NCBI GenBank assembly: GCA_965203325.1
Contig: OZ241875.1
Coordinates: forward strand, 896,001-960,000
DNA length: 64,000 nt
Direction of reading: 5' to 3'
DNA from: a bacterium
Lineage (GTDB): Bacteria; UBA8248
Shown one piece after another: positions 19,195 to 28,275 of this stretch. Each line of letters begins with the position of its first letter. The first letter of the stretch is position 1. Position numbers and translations under genes: made by a program. The notes beneath the pieces are model-generated. The model ran no database searches and was not told where the DNA came from. It saw only the letters and a list, made by a program, of their open reading frames with translations.

Positions 19195-20139
19195 TCAGGC
19201 CGCGCCTGCGCCCAGACGCTCCCAGCCCGCGCCCTCGTGGCCGAAGGCGAAGGCGTCGGGATGGAGAATCTCCGCGAGAATCTCGGCGGATTCGACCAGC
19301 CTGGGTCCGGGGCGGTTGAAGAACTGGTTCCCGTCCGTGACGAACACTTCTCTCCTTCGGGCGGCTTCGAGGCGCGCCCACTCCGGCCTTTCTGTGAGTG
19401 CCGCCAACTCGCGTCGCGAGCGCGCGATGTCGAAACCGCACGGCATGAGCACGACAGCCTCAGGCCTGGCCTCCTCCAGCGCCGTCCATTCGAGCCACGC
19501 GGAGTGTTCGCCGGCGACGCCCAGGACGTCCTCCCCGCCCGCGATCTCCACGAGTTCGGGCACCCAGTTGCCCGCCGCCATGAGCGGATCGTACCACTCG
19601 ATGCAGGCGACACGCGGCCTTTTGCCCATCTCCCGCGCGCGCCCGGCGATGGCGTCCAGCCGCTCATGCAATTCCGCCAACAGCGCGTCGCCGCGTTCGC
19701 GGACTCCCAATGCCGCCGCCACCGAGGCGACGTCGCGCCAGACGTCTTCGAGCGCATTTGGCTCGAGCGAGAGAACGTCGGGCTCCGAGCGCACCAGTTC
19801 GCGCACGGCCGCTTCGACATCCTTGAGGCTCACGGCGCAGAGTTCGCATTGGGACTGCGTGACCACCAGATCCGGCGCGAGTTCGTCGAGCAGGGCGGTG
19901 TCGACGCTGTAGACCGAGACGGCGTCCTGCAGCACCGCCTTCACGCGCTCGTCAATTTCCTTGCTCGTGCCGTTCGGGTCGAATTTGGGCGCGGTGCAGG
20001 GGGGAAGCGCCGTGATTCCGGCGGGGTAGTCGCACTCGTGCGAGCGGCCCACGAGGCGATCGCCGCATCCCAGGGCGTGGATGATCTCCGTGCTGCTCGG
20101 CAGGAGCGATACGACGCGGTTCAAGAACCCGCCCTCCAC
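19195..20139 (-). CDS. BtuF-like cobalamin-binding protein, no signal peptide
   Basis: RVVSLLPSSTEI, VGRSHECDYP, TQSQCELCAV, GNWVPE, MPCGF, FNRPGPRL. Confidence 0.8.
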   Translation of the reverse strand: MEGGFLNRVVSLLPSSTEIIHALGCGDRLVGRSHECDYPAGITALPPCTAPKFDPNGTSKEIDERVKAVLQDAVSVYSVDTALLDELAPDLVVTQSQCELCAVSLKDVEAAVRELVRSEPDVLSLEPNALEDVWRDVASVAAALGVRERGDALLAELHERLDAIAGRAREMGKRPRVACIEWYDPLMAAGNWVPELVEIAGGEDVLGVAGEHSAWLEWTALEEARPEAVVLMPCGFDIARSRRELAALTERPEWARLEAARRREVFVTDGNQFFNRPGPRLVESAEILAEILHPDAFAFGHEGAGWERLGAGAA

Positions 20140-20278
20140 TTATGATGAAGTTCAACTTTGCGAATGCTAGCACACCATAAGCGCTCATGCCGTCGCTCGT
20201 TCTTCGTCACTTCGCCATAAATGCAAAAGGAGAAGCGAAGAATCAAGATTTTCCAGAGCATTCAGAAATGAATCCGCT

Positions 20279-20698
20279 TCAAGATTTCATCCCGTCGCTC
20301 AAGCGCCTCTCCACTTCCCGCGCCGCCCGCACCAACGCGGCGATGAGTTCCTCGCCCACATCCAAGGCGCCCTCATACTCGGCGAGGTTGCGCTTGCGGT
20401 GGGCTTCGTCCAGCACGCGCCACTGCGCCTGCGGCAAATCGACGGTGTGCTGGAGGCATTGAAAAACCAGATAGCGCGAATCGGAGCGATAGCCTCGCAG
20501 GCGCAAAGCGGCGAGCGCCAGCGCATGGGCGGCGTTGTAGGCCAGATCGAAACGGCTCTCCAGGCTTAAGTTTTCGCGCTCGGCGTCGTTCAGACGGCGA
20601 ACGCCCGAGCGGACGAGACCCTCGATTTCCTCATCGGCAGCCGGCTCGCTCTTGAGTCGGCCGATGCGCACCAGGTTATCGAGTTGCGGATGCGTCAT
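20279..20698 (-). CDS. HEPN-like protein (putative toxin partner of the upstream nucleotidyltransferase)
   Basis: RFDLAYNAAH and HRKRNLAEY (Rx4Y variant); overlaps the NTase gene. Confidence 0.65.
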   Translation of the reverse strand: MTHPQLDNLVRIGRLKSEPAADEEIEGLVRSGVRRLNDAERENLSLESRFDLAYNAAHALALAALRLRGYRSDSRYLVFQCLQHTVDLPQAQWRVLDEAHRKRNLAEYEGALDVGEELIAALVRAAREVERRLSDGMKS

Positions 20699-21338
20699 CT
20701 TCGCTCCCGATGAGGATGATATGCTCACCGGCGAGCACGTTCTTCAGAAAAGGGTTCCCGGCGGCTCTGCGTTCTTCGAACTCACGGGACGTGTAAAGCG
20801 TGGGGCTGATCCGGCGGGCGAGGCCGGTCTCCACCGGCGAGAGCGCCTCGTAGAGCTCTTCCAGCATCACGCCGTCGGCGACGACGAGCAGGTCGACGTC
20901 GCTACCCGCCGTTTCCGTCCCCTGTACGACCGACCCGTACACCAGGGCGAGCTCGATGCGGTCGGCGAGCGGCTCCAACACCCGCCGGACAGGTTCCGCC
21001 AAGGCGAGCGTCTTGCGCACGATGCCGCTCATCTCCTCGAACACCGGACAATCCGGATTGGCCTGGTAATGCTTCTGCCTGCCGATAGAAGTGACGCTCA
21101 CCAGACCGCTGGATGCGAAGCGCTTCAGTTCACGCTGCACGGCGCCGGAGCCGGACCCCGTCAAGCGAATCAACTCACTCGCGAAAAAACTCCGTCCGGG
21201 CTGTCCGAAAAGCAGCGCCAGGAGCCGCTGCTGCGTGGTGGTGAACAGCGCATCCGCGAGACCTGTGGATGCGGCGTCAGGCCCGGACGTCTTGCGGCGA
21301 GTCATGCGTGAAAGATGTGGCGAAGCCAAATTACCCAT
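20676..21338 (-). CDS. HTH-fused nucleotidyltransferase (putative antitoxin)
   Basis: N-terminal winged helix (ELIRLTGSGSGAVQREL) and YGS...SDVDL NTase motif; start uncertain (21305, 21338 or 21368). Confidence 0.8.
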   Translation of the reverse strand: MGNLASPHLSRMTRRKTSGPDAASTGLADALFTTTQQRLLALLFGQPGRSFFASELIRLTGSGSGAVQRELKRFASSGLVSVTSIGRQKHYQANPDCPVFEEMSGIVRKTLALAEPVRRVLEPLADRIELALVYGSVVQGTETAGSDVDLLVVADGVMLEELYEALSPVETGLARRISPTLYTSREFEERRAAGNPFLKNVLAGEHIILIGSEDDASATR

Positions 21339-21372
21339 AATGGGTATTATAATGCCTGATATGGGCATTATA
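21332..21372. promoter_or_regulatory. two tandem palindromes, putative auto-operator overlapping a TATAAT
   Basis: tacccataatgggta and tataatgcctgatatgggcattata at the 5' end of the HTH-NTase gene. Confidence 0.55.
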
Positions 21373-21427
21373 CAAGCGGGGATTCAACTTCTTTCACTAT
21401 TCGTCCGGGTCCACATTCTCTTTCCGC

Positions 21428-21814
21428 TCACGCCGCCTCGATGTCGGTATGAGCGAAGTCCTCGCCCTTGAACAGCAGCGGCTCGTCCATCAGGTCGGCG
21501 AGCGCGTAGGCGAAGCAATCTCCGAAATTCAGCGATGCCGGATGATTCCCCTTGCCGAAGCGCCGCCAGGCGCGCCGGGCCGCTTCCAAATGCTCCAGAC
21601 CAACGGGCACCAATTCGATTCCGGCGTCTCTCAGGAACAAATCGAGTTCGCCTCCCGCCGCCGCGCCGCCTCGACTTTCCAATACGATGGAAGTCTCCAG
21701 CACGTTGGCGACCGACATCCGGGGGTGCGCGGCCGAGGCGATGGCCTTCTCGTAGCGTTCCGCGTCCTGCTCACGGTAGAGAACGGCGAGGAGCGCCGAA
21801 CTGTCGACAATCAC
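21428..21814 (-). CDS. vapC: VapC PIN-domain toxin
   Basis: GTG start, IVDSSAL, LNFGDCFAYALA, LLFKGEDF. Confidence 0.9.
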   Translation of the reverse strand: MIVDSSALLAVLYREQDAERYEKAIASAAHPRMSVANVLETSIVLESRGGAAAGGELDLFLRDAGIELVPVGLEHLEAARRAWRRFGKGNHPASLNFGDCFAYALADLMDEPLLFKGEDFAHTDIEAA

Positions 21815-22068
21815 CTGGGCAATCCCCGCTCGTCGTAGAGCATGTCCCCATGTTCTACGGCGGGCGGCCCCGGACCCAGGAGCTTCGCACAACGCTCCGC
21901 GATGGCGCGCAGTTTTTGAGCGCGAACGTCTGCGTCGCGCAGCCTTTTCTCGCGCTCGAGACGTTCTTGCAGGGCAACCGTAATCGCGCCGGTCATCGTC
22001 TCGCCGGTCAGTCGGGCCAAATCAGCAGCGAGCTTACAGGTTTCCTCATTTTTAATATTGAGACCCAT
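21811..22068 (-). CDS. vapB: VapB antitoxin
   Basis: MGLNIKN.E...LA..LA..TGE..T.AI..AL.ERL, C-terminal YDERGLP; overlaps vapC. Confidence 0.9.
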   Translation of the reverse strand: MGLNIKNEETCKLAADLARLTGETMTGAITVALQERLEREKRLRDADVRAQKLRAIAERCAKLLGPGPPAVEHGDMLYDERGLPR

Positions 22069-22276
22069 TGCCGACTCCAAGGGTAGAAAAAATATTTCCT
22101 TTCTACCCTACATCAAATTGTGGGCATACGCAACGACATGGCGAGGGAGAGGAATAGCGCAAGGCTGGAGAACTGCGCACGGCGACCCGTCCCTCCCCTT
22201 GCCGGGCCGCCCGCCCCCTGCTAGCATCCGGGGAAATCCACTCATCACTTTTTCACGCTTCAGGAGGACGTGCGCA

Positions 22277-22801
22277 ATGGCGGAATTCACCGTAGCCAAG
22301 TTCAAGGACGTTTCCGAGGGTCTGCAGGAGGGCCAGTTCGCCATAGGCGAGAGGACGAAAGCGAGCGGTCTGGCGGCTTTGGACCCCATCTATCGAGATT
22401 TGCTGGACAAGCCGATCACGGTCACGCTGGGCCTCATCGGCCCCGACGGGCGGGTGAACATGACGCCCATGTGGTTCGACTACGAGGGCGACACCATTCT
22501 GGTGAACACCGCCTCGCACCGGCCCAAGTGCGGATGGATTCGGAACAACCCGCAGCTCACGATCCTCCTCGTGAACCCCGAAAACCCCTACCACTGGATG
22601 AGCATCAAGTGCACGGTGGTGAACGAGATACACGAAGACGGGCCGGGCGGCGAGCGGGCGACCGAGCAGCTCGACCGCATCTGGACGAAATACACGGGCG
22701 CGGACCCGCCCTATGCGCTCAGAGACCCCGCGATCGACGAGAAGCGCGTGCTCTTCGAGTGCCGCGTAGACAGGGTGGCCACGTTCGGAAAGCCAGCGTA
22801 G
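22277..22801 (+). CDS. pyridoxamine 5'-phosphate oxidase-like protein (PPOX class, possibly F420-dependent)
   Basis: RBS aggagg; G...DG.V..TPMWF, NT...RPK...IRNNP, NPY.W motifs. Confidence 0.75.
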   Translation: MAEFTVAKFKDVSEGLQEGQFAIGERTKASGLAALDPIYRDLLDKPITVTLGLIGPDGRVNMTPMWFDYEGDTILVNTASHRPKCGWIRNNPQLTILLVNPENPYHWMSIKCTVVNEIHEDGPGGERATEQLDRIWTKYTGADPPYALRDPAIDEKRVLFECRVDRVATFGKPA

Positions 22802-22845
22802 GGGGCCGGGTTCGCAGGTCGGACATATATGTCCGCCACACATAC

Positions 22846-23109
22846 GGGGTTGTTGAAAAAGCCTTTATCAAGGGAGCGAACGCTCCCTCCGTGGTCGCGT
22901 TCAACCCCCTAATTCCACTTGTCAGGGGTCAAACGCGAGTGATGAGCGAGCGTTTGCATGAACCATTGACGAGAAACACATCGTCTTGCAAAACCTCCCT
23001 CTTCGGTCGGTTTTGACCCCTGACAAGGGGGGGTAGGGGGGGTTGCCTTTATGGGGTTTCCCTTTTAGAGGGTTGCCATTCCCCTCTCAGGGGGTTTTTC
23101 AACAGCCCC
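22846..23109. mobile_element. MITE-like shell with type-1 REPIN-like hairpin (22902-23045); REP just upstream (22814-22835)
   Basis: Ends ggggttgttgaaaaag / ggtttttcaacagcccc; same ~85-nt core; between convergent genes. Confidence 0.75.
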
Positions 23110-23149
23110 TCATCGGTCGGCAGCCCCTCCTTCCTCAGTCGGGGCTGAC

Positions 23150-24280
23150 CTACCACACGCAACCGCGCGCGGCGACGGGGATCACGGCTTCGAGGACGCC
23201 TTCTTCCATGCCGCCGCGAACGCCGTGGTAGACGTCGTAGAGGTTGATGGTCGGGTCGCAGTGGCTTGGCTGGAACAGTAGCGTCTCGCCGATCTCGGGG
23301 CGCCTCGAAGCCGGGGACAACTCCAGCACGCCGTGTTCATCCGATGCCCGCGCGTGCACGGCGCCCTCGAGTTCCATGCAGGGCGCCAGCCCGCTGTCCG
23401 AGGAAAGCGCCTTGTGGCCGGCGTCCATCACCACGTGGCCGGGACCGGTCGCGCTCACCACGGTCGTCAGCACGAAAAGACTCGGCTGGAAGTCGTCATA
23501 GATTTCGGAATTCTCGCCGCCGATGCTGCCGTAGTGCGAATCCATGAAGAGATAACTGCCCGCCTGAAGCTCGTTCAACACGCCCGATTCCGCATCCCAG
23601 CGCCATGAACCCGTGCCGCCGCCGCTCCTGATTTCCAGCGGAAGCCCGGCGGCCTCGAACGCGTCCACCGTCTCGCGCATCCTGGCAATTGCCTCGGCGT
23701 AGACCTCGCGCCGCTCGGCGAAACCATCCACGTGCTGGGCCTTGCCGTGGTAGGCCTGAATCCCCTTGAGTTCAAGCCCTTTCGCCGCTTCCACGCGCCG
23801 GGCCAAATCCGCCGCCGCCTCTCCGGGAGCGACACCGCAGCGGCCCTGGCCCACGTCCACGTCGACGAGCACGCCGATTTCCGCTCCCGCCGCCGTCACG
23901 GCTTCTGAGAGCATCGCCACCCCCTGGGGGTGGTCCACCACCACCATCAGGTCCGTATGGCGCGCGAGCGCGGCCAGACGCCTGAGCTTCGAGACGGCCG
24001 TGACCTCGCTGCTCACGAGCACGTTCCCGACCCCGCCCGCCACCATCACCTCGGCCTCGCTCACCTTCTGGCAGCAAACCCCCACCGCGCCGAGCGCCAT
24101 CTGCTTTCTCGCGAGCCAGGGGCTCTTGTGCGTCTTGGCGTGGGCGCGGAGCCTGACGCCCGTCCCCGCGAGGCGCTTCGCCATCAGGGCGAGGTTCTCC
24201 TCCATGACGTCGAGGTCGACTATCAGGGCGGGCGTTTCGATTTCACGCACCGGCGTTCCGATGCTCTGGGTGGGGGGCAT
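23150..24280 (-). CDS. DSD1 / D-threonine aldolase family PLP-dependent enzyme
   Basis: TPAL.VDLD, LRAHAKTHK (PLP Lys), GGGTG, ELQAGSY, HCDPT. Confidence 0.9.
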   Translation of the reverse strand: MPPTQSIGTPVREIETPALIVDLDVMEENLALMAKRLAGTGVRLRAHAKTHKSPWLARKQMALGAVGVCCQKVSEAEVMVAGGVGNVLVSSEVTAVSKLRRLAALARHTDLMVVVDHPQGVAMLSEAVTAAGAEIGVLVDVDVGQGRCGVAPGEAAADLARRVEAAKGLELKGIQAYHGKAQHVDGFAERREVYAEAIARMRETVDAFEAAGLPLEIRSGGGTGSWRWDAESGVLNELQAGSYLFMDSHYGSIGGENSEIYDDFQPSLFVLTTVVSATGPGHVVMDAGHKALSSDSGLAPCMELEGAVHARASDEHGVLELSPASRRPEIGETLLFQPSHCDPTINLYDVYHGVRGGMEEGVLEAVIPVAARGCVW

Positions 24281-24452
24281 GGGAAATCCTTTTCAGGGAG
24301 AAATCGTTATTCTTCCTCATGAGAACATTTATTGGAGAATATCACCTGAATCGCGCGTCGGGAACCGGCTTGCCCGCCGCCCCCTCATGGCGCATGATGG
24401 ATTTTCATGATTTCAGATGATTTTTCGACTCGCAGCCGGAGGGTTTTTCTAC

Positions 24453-25343
24453 ATGCGCACCAAGGCGGACGATCTCCTCGAAGGCGCCATCGACGTTCAC
24501 GCCCATATCTTCCCCCAGGTATTCGTGGAAGAACCCGGGCGCGTGCTGGACCACGAATGGGCCGAACTCGCGCGCGACGTCGGCATGCGCGGCTTCGTGA
24601 TGAAGAGCCACCTGTGGCCCACCATCGCCCAGGCCAGGATTCTGAACGAGGTCTATCCGGGCGTCACCGCCTTCGGGGCCATCACGCTGAACGCCAACGT
24701 GGGCGGGCTTTCGCCCTTCGCGGCGGAAAGCGCGGCGCGCCTCGGCGTGAAGGTCATCTGGATGCCCACCTACTCCGCGGCGAACGACATCGAGGTGGGG
24801 GCCTACAGCAAGCGCATCGCTGAGGCTTATCAACAGCCCCCGCCCGCGCAGGGCCTGACCGTGCTGGACGCAGACGGCGCGATACGCCCCGAGGCGGACA
24901 CCATACTCGAAATCGCCCGCGACGCGGACGTGGCCGTGGCCACCGGCCATTTGTCGGCGGAGGAAGGCGTCGCCCTGGCGAGGCGCGCGAAGGAGATCGG
25001 GGTGAAAAAATTCATCTTCACCCACCCGATCATCTTCATCATCGACGCGAGCGAGGGGCAACTGCGCGAGGTGGCGGATTTGGGCTACATCGTTGAATTC
25101 ACCTGGATATCGGCCTTCCCCATGTGGCGCGACCTGGACCCCGTGAAAGTGGCCGAAACCGCGCGCGCCCTCGGCCCCGAGCGATGCGTGATGAGCACCG
25201 ACGCGCAACTCGACCTCAATCCCCCGCCGACGGAAATGCTGCGCATGTTCATCGCCACGATGCTGCGCCTGGGCTTCGAGGACGAGGAGATTCGCTGGAT
25301 GGTGCAGCGAAACCCCGCCCGCCTGATGGGCCTCGAAGAATAG
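24453..25343 (+). CDS. amidohydrolase-superfamily protein (DUF6282-like)
   Basis: GAIDVHAH, KSH, WMPT, ATGH, THP and STD metal-ligand pattern. Confidence 0.7.
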   Translation: MRTKADDLLEGAIDVHAHIFPQVFVEEPGRVLDHEWAELARDVGMRGFVMKSHLWPTIAQARILNEVYPGVTAFGAITLNANVGGLSPFAAESAARLGVKVIWMPTYSAANDIEVGAYSKRIAEAYQQPPPAQGLTVLDADGAIRPEADTILEIARDADVAVATGHLSAEEGVALARRAKEIGVKKFIFTHPIIFIIDASEGQLREVADLGYIVEFTWISAFPMWRDLDPVKVAETARALGPERCVMSTDAQLDLNPPPTEMLRMFIATMLRLGFEDEEIRWMVQRNPARLMGLEE

Positions 25344-25518
25344 AAAGCACTCACGTATAACACCGCAACAGATGATGCGTGAGGCAGTGCTGCCTTTCTG
25401 CTTCCAACCCTTCATTTTTTCTTGACTCCCCTGCGAAATTCCTTACAGAATCTTCACGTAGCGACGCCGCCTTCGTTGATAACATTTCAACAGGCACTTG
25501 AGGCGGAGAAACAATTCC

Positions 25519-26229
25519 ATGAACCAAGAAGATTCCATTCTCATCGTCGAGGATGAGAAGAACATCGCAACGCTCATCGACAAGTCTTTACGCCAGGAAG
25601 GTTTCCACACCATCATTGCTCATGACGGGGAGCGGGCCCTGCAACTGGCGCGCGAGTGGACGCCCGTTTTCGTCGTGCTCGATCTGATGCTCCCGAAAAT
25701 GAGCGGGTGGGAGGTGTGCAGGCGGCTCCGGGAGGAGTCCGAAGTTCCCATCCTGATGCTCACGGCCAAGGAGGGAGAGATCGACAGGCTTTTCGGCTTC
25801 TCGCTGGGCGCTGATGATTACGTCGTCAAGCCCTTCAGCCCGAGAGAACTCATCGAGCGCGTCAAGGCCATCCTCAGACGCACCAAAAACGCGCCCATGC
25901 TCCGGAAGACGAAACTCTCTTTCGGCAACCTTATTCTCGAACCCGAAAAACACAAACTCACCCGAAACGGCAAACCCATAGCGCTCACCCCCTCGGAATA
26001 CAAGCTGCTCCTGACGCTCATGAGCGCACCCGGGCGCGTTTTTTCCCGCCACGAACTACTCACCAGGCTCTACCATACTTCGGACGCCGTGGTCGCCAGA
26101 GTAGTGGACGTCCACATCGGAAAACTCCGTCGAAAAATCGAGGGCGACCCCACCAATCCCCGACTTATCCTCACCGTGCGCGGCGTGGGATATCGTTTTG
26201 CAGAAACGGAAGAACAAGGAGGTCATTAG
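25519..26229 (+). CDS. OmpR/PhoB family response regulator
   Basis: IVEDE, LDLMLP, GADDYVVKPF, VDVHI..LR, TVRGVGY. Confidence 0.95.
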   Translation: MNQEDSILIVEDEKNIATLIDKSLRQEGFHTIIAHDGERALQLAREWTPVFVVLDLMLPKMSGWEVCRRLREESEVPILMLTAKEGEIDRLFGFSLGADDYVVKPFSPRELIERVKAILRRTKNAPMLRKTKLSFGNLILEPEKHKLTRNGKPIALTPSEYKLLLTLMSAPGRVFSRHELLTRLYHTSDAVVARVVDVHIGKLRRKIEGDPTNPRLILTVRGVGYRFAETEEQGGH

Positions 26230-26230
26230 C

Positions 26231-27301
26231 ATGAAGAGTCGCCTGCTCTGGAAACTCCTGGCCATCAACCTTCCGGTCATCGTGCTGGTCACTTTGGTTG
26301 TCTGGCTGTCGATCGATTTCCTCGCCGCCGATTACTTCGCCGCCCTGATGCACAAATACAACATCTCGCCAACGGAAACGCACCGGATGTTCCTGGACGC
26401 CGTGCATCGTCACATCATCAACGCGAGCATACTTGCCATGATCATGACCGTCGCCTTGAGTTTCTTCCTCACCCGAAGGGTGTTGCGCCCGTTGTACGCG
26501 ATGGCGGAAGTATCCCGGAAAGTATCGCTGGGCGATTTCACCGCGCGCGCGGATATTACATCGAAAGACGAGATCGGTGAGTGCGGGAAGATGTTCAACC
26601 ATATGGCCGATAACCTGGAGAAAATCGAGAACTTGAGAAGGACCATGCTGGTGGATATCGCCCATGAGTTGAGAACCCCGCTCACTACGGTGCGAGGCTA
26701 CCTCGAAGGTCTGATCGAAGGCGTCATCCCGCCCGCCAAAGAAACGTTCTCCATGTTGAAGGAGGAAATCGTGCGCCTCGTGCGCCTGGTCCAGGACTTT
26801 CAACAACTCACCCGGGCCGAGGCCGCAAAGGTCTACTTGAGACGAGAAGAAATTCATTTGCCCCATCTGATCGAGCGCGTCATCGAACTCTATCGGTACG
26901 ATTTCGAATCCAAAAATATCGGTGTGAACGTGGACTTCGGCGGTGACGTCCCCCTCGTTCAGGCGGACAAGGACAAAATTGTTCAGGCCATTGGAAACAT
27001 CGTTCAGAACGCATGGCGGTACACGCCCGAGGGAGGTGCGTTCCGCGTCCGCGCGGATGCGGCCAGGGAAAAAGATATGGTAAGTTTCATTTTTTCAAAT
27101 ACCTGCGAGGAATTCCCGGAGGAAGACGTCGGCCTCATCTTCGAGAGGTTCTACCGCGCGGACAAATCGCGTTCACGCGAAAGCGGGGGTGCGGGCATCG
27201 GGCTGGCGATAGCGAAAGCTCTCGTCGAGGCGCATGGCGGCGAAGTGGGCGCATCGTATGACGAAGGCGTCATCCACATCTGGTTCAGCCTCCCCGCCTG
27301 A
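26231..27301 (+). CDS. HAMP-domain sensor histidine kinase (BaeS-like)
   Basis: Two TM helices, HAMP, AHELRTPL, NAWRY, FERFYR, GAGIGL. Confidence 0.95.
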   Translation: MKSRLLWKLLAINLPVIVLVTLVVWLSIDFLAADYFAALMHKYNISPTETHRMFLDAVHRHIINASILAMIMTVALSFFLTRRVLRPLYAMAEVSRKVSLGDFTARADITSKDEIGECGKMFNHMADNLEKIENLRRTMLVDIAHELRTPLTTVRGYLEGLIEGVIPPAKETFSMLKEEIVRLVRLVQDFQQLTRAEAAKVYLRREEIHLPHLIERVIELYRYDFESKNIGVNVDFGGDVPLVQADKDKIVQAIGNIVQNAWRYTPEGGAFRVRADAAREKDMVSFIFSNTCEEFPEEDVGLIFERFYRADKSRSRESGGAGIGLAIAKALVEAHGGEVGASYDEGVIHIWFSLPA

Positions 27302-27491
27302 TCATTCGGCTGACGATGGATTTGGCGTTTTTTCATCCACGAGCCAAGTTTTTTTGGTATTCTTTTCAAAGCGAATCCGCGTCCTGGAATGCGCCGAACA
27401 TCCGAAAGAACCGTCGGCTCGCTGGATGAATCCCGACGATCCATCTAAAGCCGCAAGAGCCGAGAACACACACCCGAAAAGGAACCAGGCC

Positions 27492-27956
27492 ATGCAAAAC
27501 CTCTACAAAACGCTCATGATTCTCCTCGCGGCATCTTTGCTGCCTCTCGCATCGACTGGCGTGTACGCCGCCGGGCCGAGCGTCATCACCCTCACCCAGA
27601 CGGGATGCCAGTTCACCGAACCCGAGGGGGAGGACCACGGCTTCAAGACCACGGGGGCGGCCGATTGCAAGGCCATCAACTCGAAAAGCGGGAAAAAGCG
27701 CCTCGCCGGCTCCAAAACCATCACGCTGAAGCCCGGCAAATACATTTTCCGGGTGACGAACAAGAACGTGCCCTATCCGCTCGGGTTTTATCTGCGCGGC
27801 GCAGGGGTCGGACGCCTTACGCTGCCGAAAGTCTCGGGGGGCGGCCTCACGAATGGGAAATCGAGGGACTACCACATCACGCTCAAAGAGGGCGACTATC
27901 ACTATTCCTGCCCCCTGAACCCGACGCCCGACTACAGGCTGAAGGTGACGAACTAG
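27492..27956 (+). CDS. secreted cupredoxin-like protein
   Basis: Signal peptide; TLKPGKY.F.V.N and L.EG.Y.YSCPLNPT beta-sandwich pattern. Confidence 0.6.
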   Translation: MQNLYKTLMILLAASLLPLASTGVYAAGPSVITLTQTGCQFTEPEGEDHGFKTTGAADCKAINSKSGKKRLAGSKTITLKPGKYIFRVTNKNVPYPLGFYLRGAGVGRLTLPKVSGGGLTNGKSRDYHITLKEGDYHYSCPLNPTPDYRLKVTN

Positions 27957-28275
27957 ACTTTCGCGCCAGCGAGAGAGCAGGCCGCGCGCGTCCTCTCGCG
28001 CGTCTATCGCGCTCGTCTCATCAACGAGCGCGTTTTGCGGAAGTCGCCACGTGTGGGGCCTGTTGGAAAAGCCGGTGTGCGGCCCCTACGAAGTCGCTTT
28101 ACACAAATGAGAACACCAAAATCACTCCCCCCTTGAGGGGGAGTCGAAGAGCTAAGGGCGAATGCCCGCAAGCGATTCGGTGGGGGGTATAATCCGGAAT
28201 GGCGATAAAATGCATTTTACCCCCCACCGCATCAGCCTTCGCACAAACCGCTCGGCTTCTGCGACTCCCCCTCAA

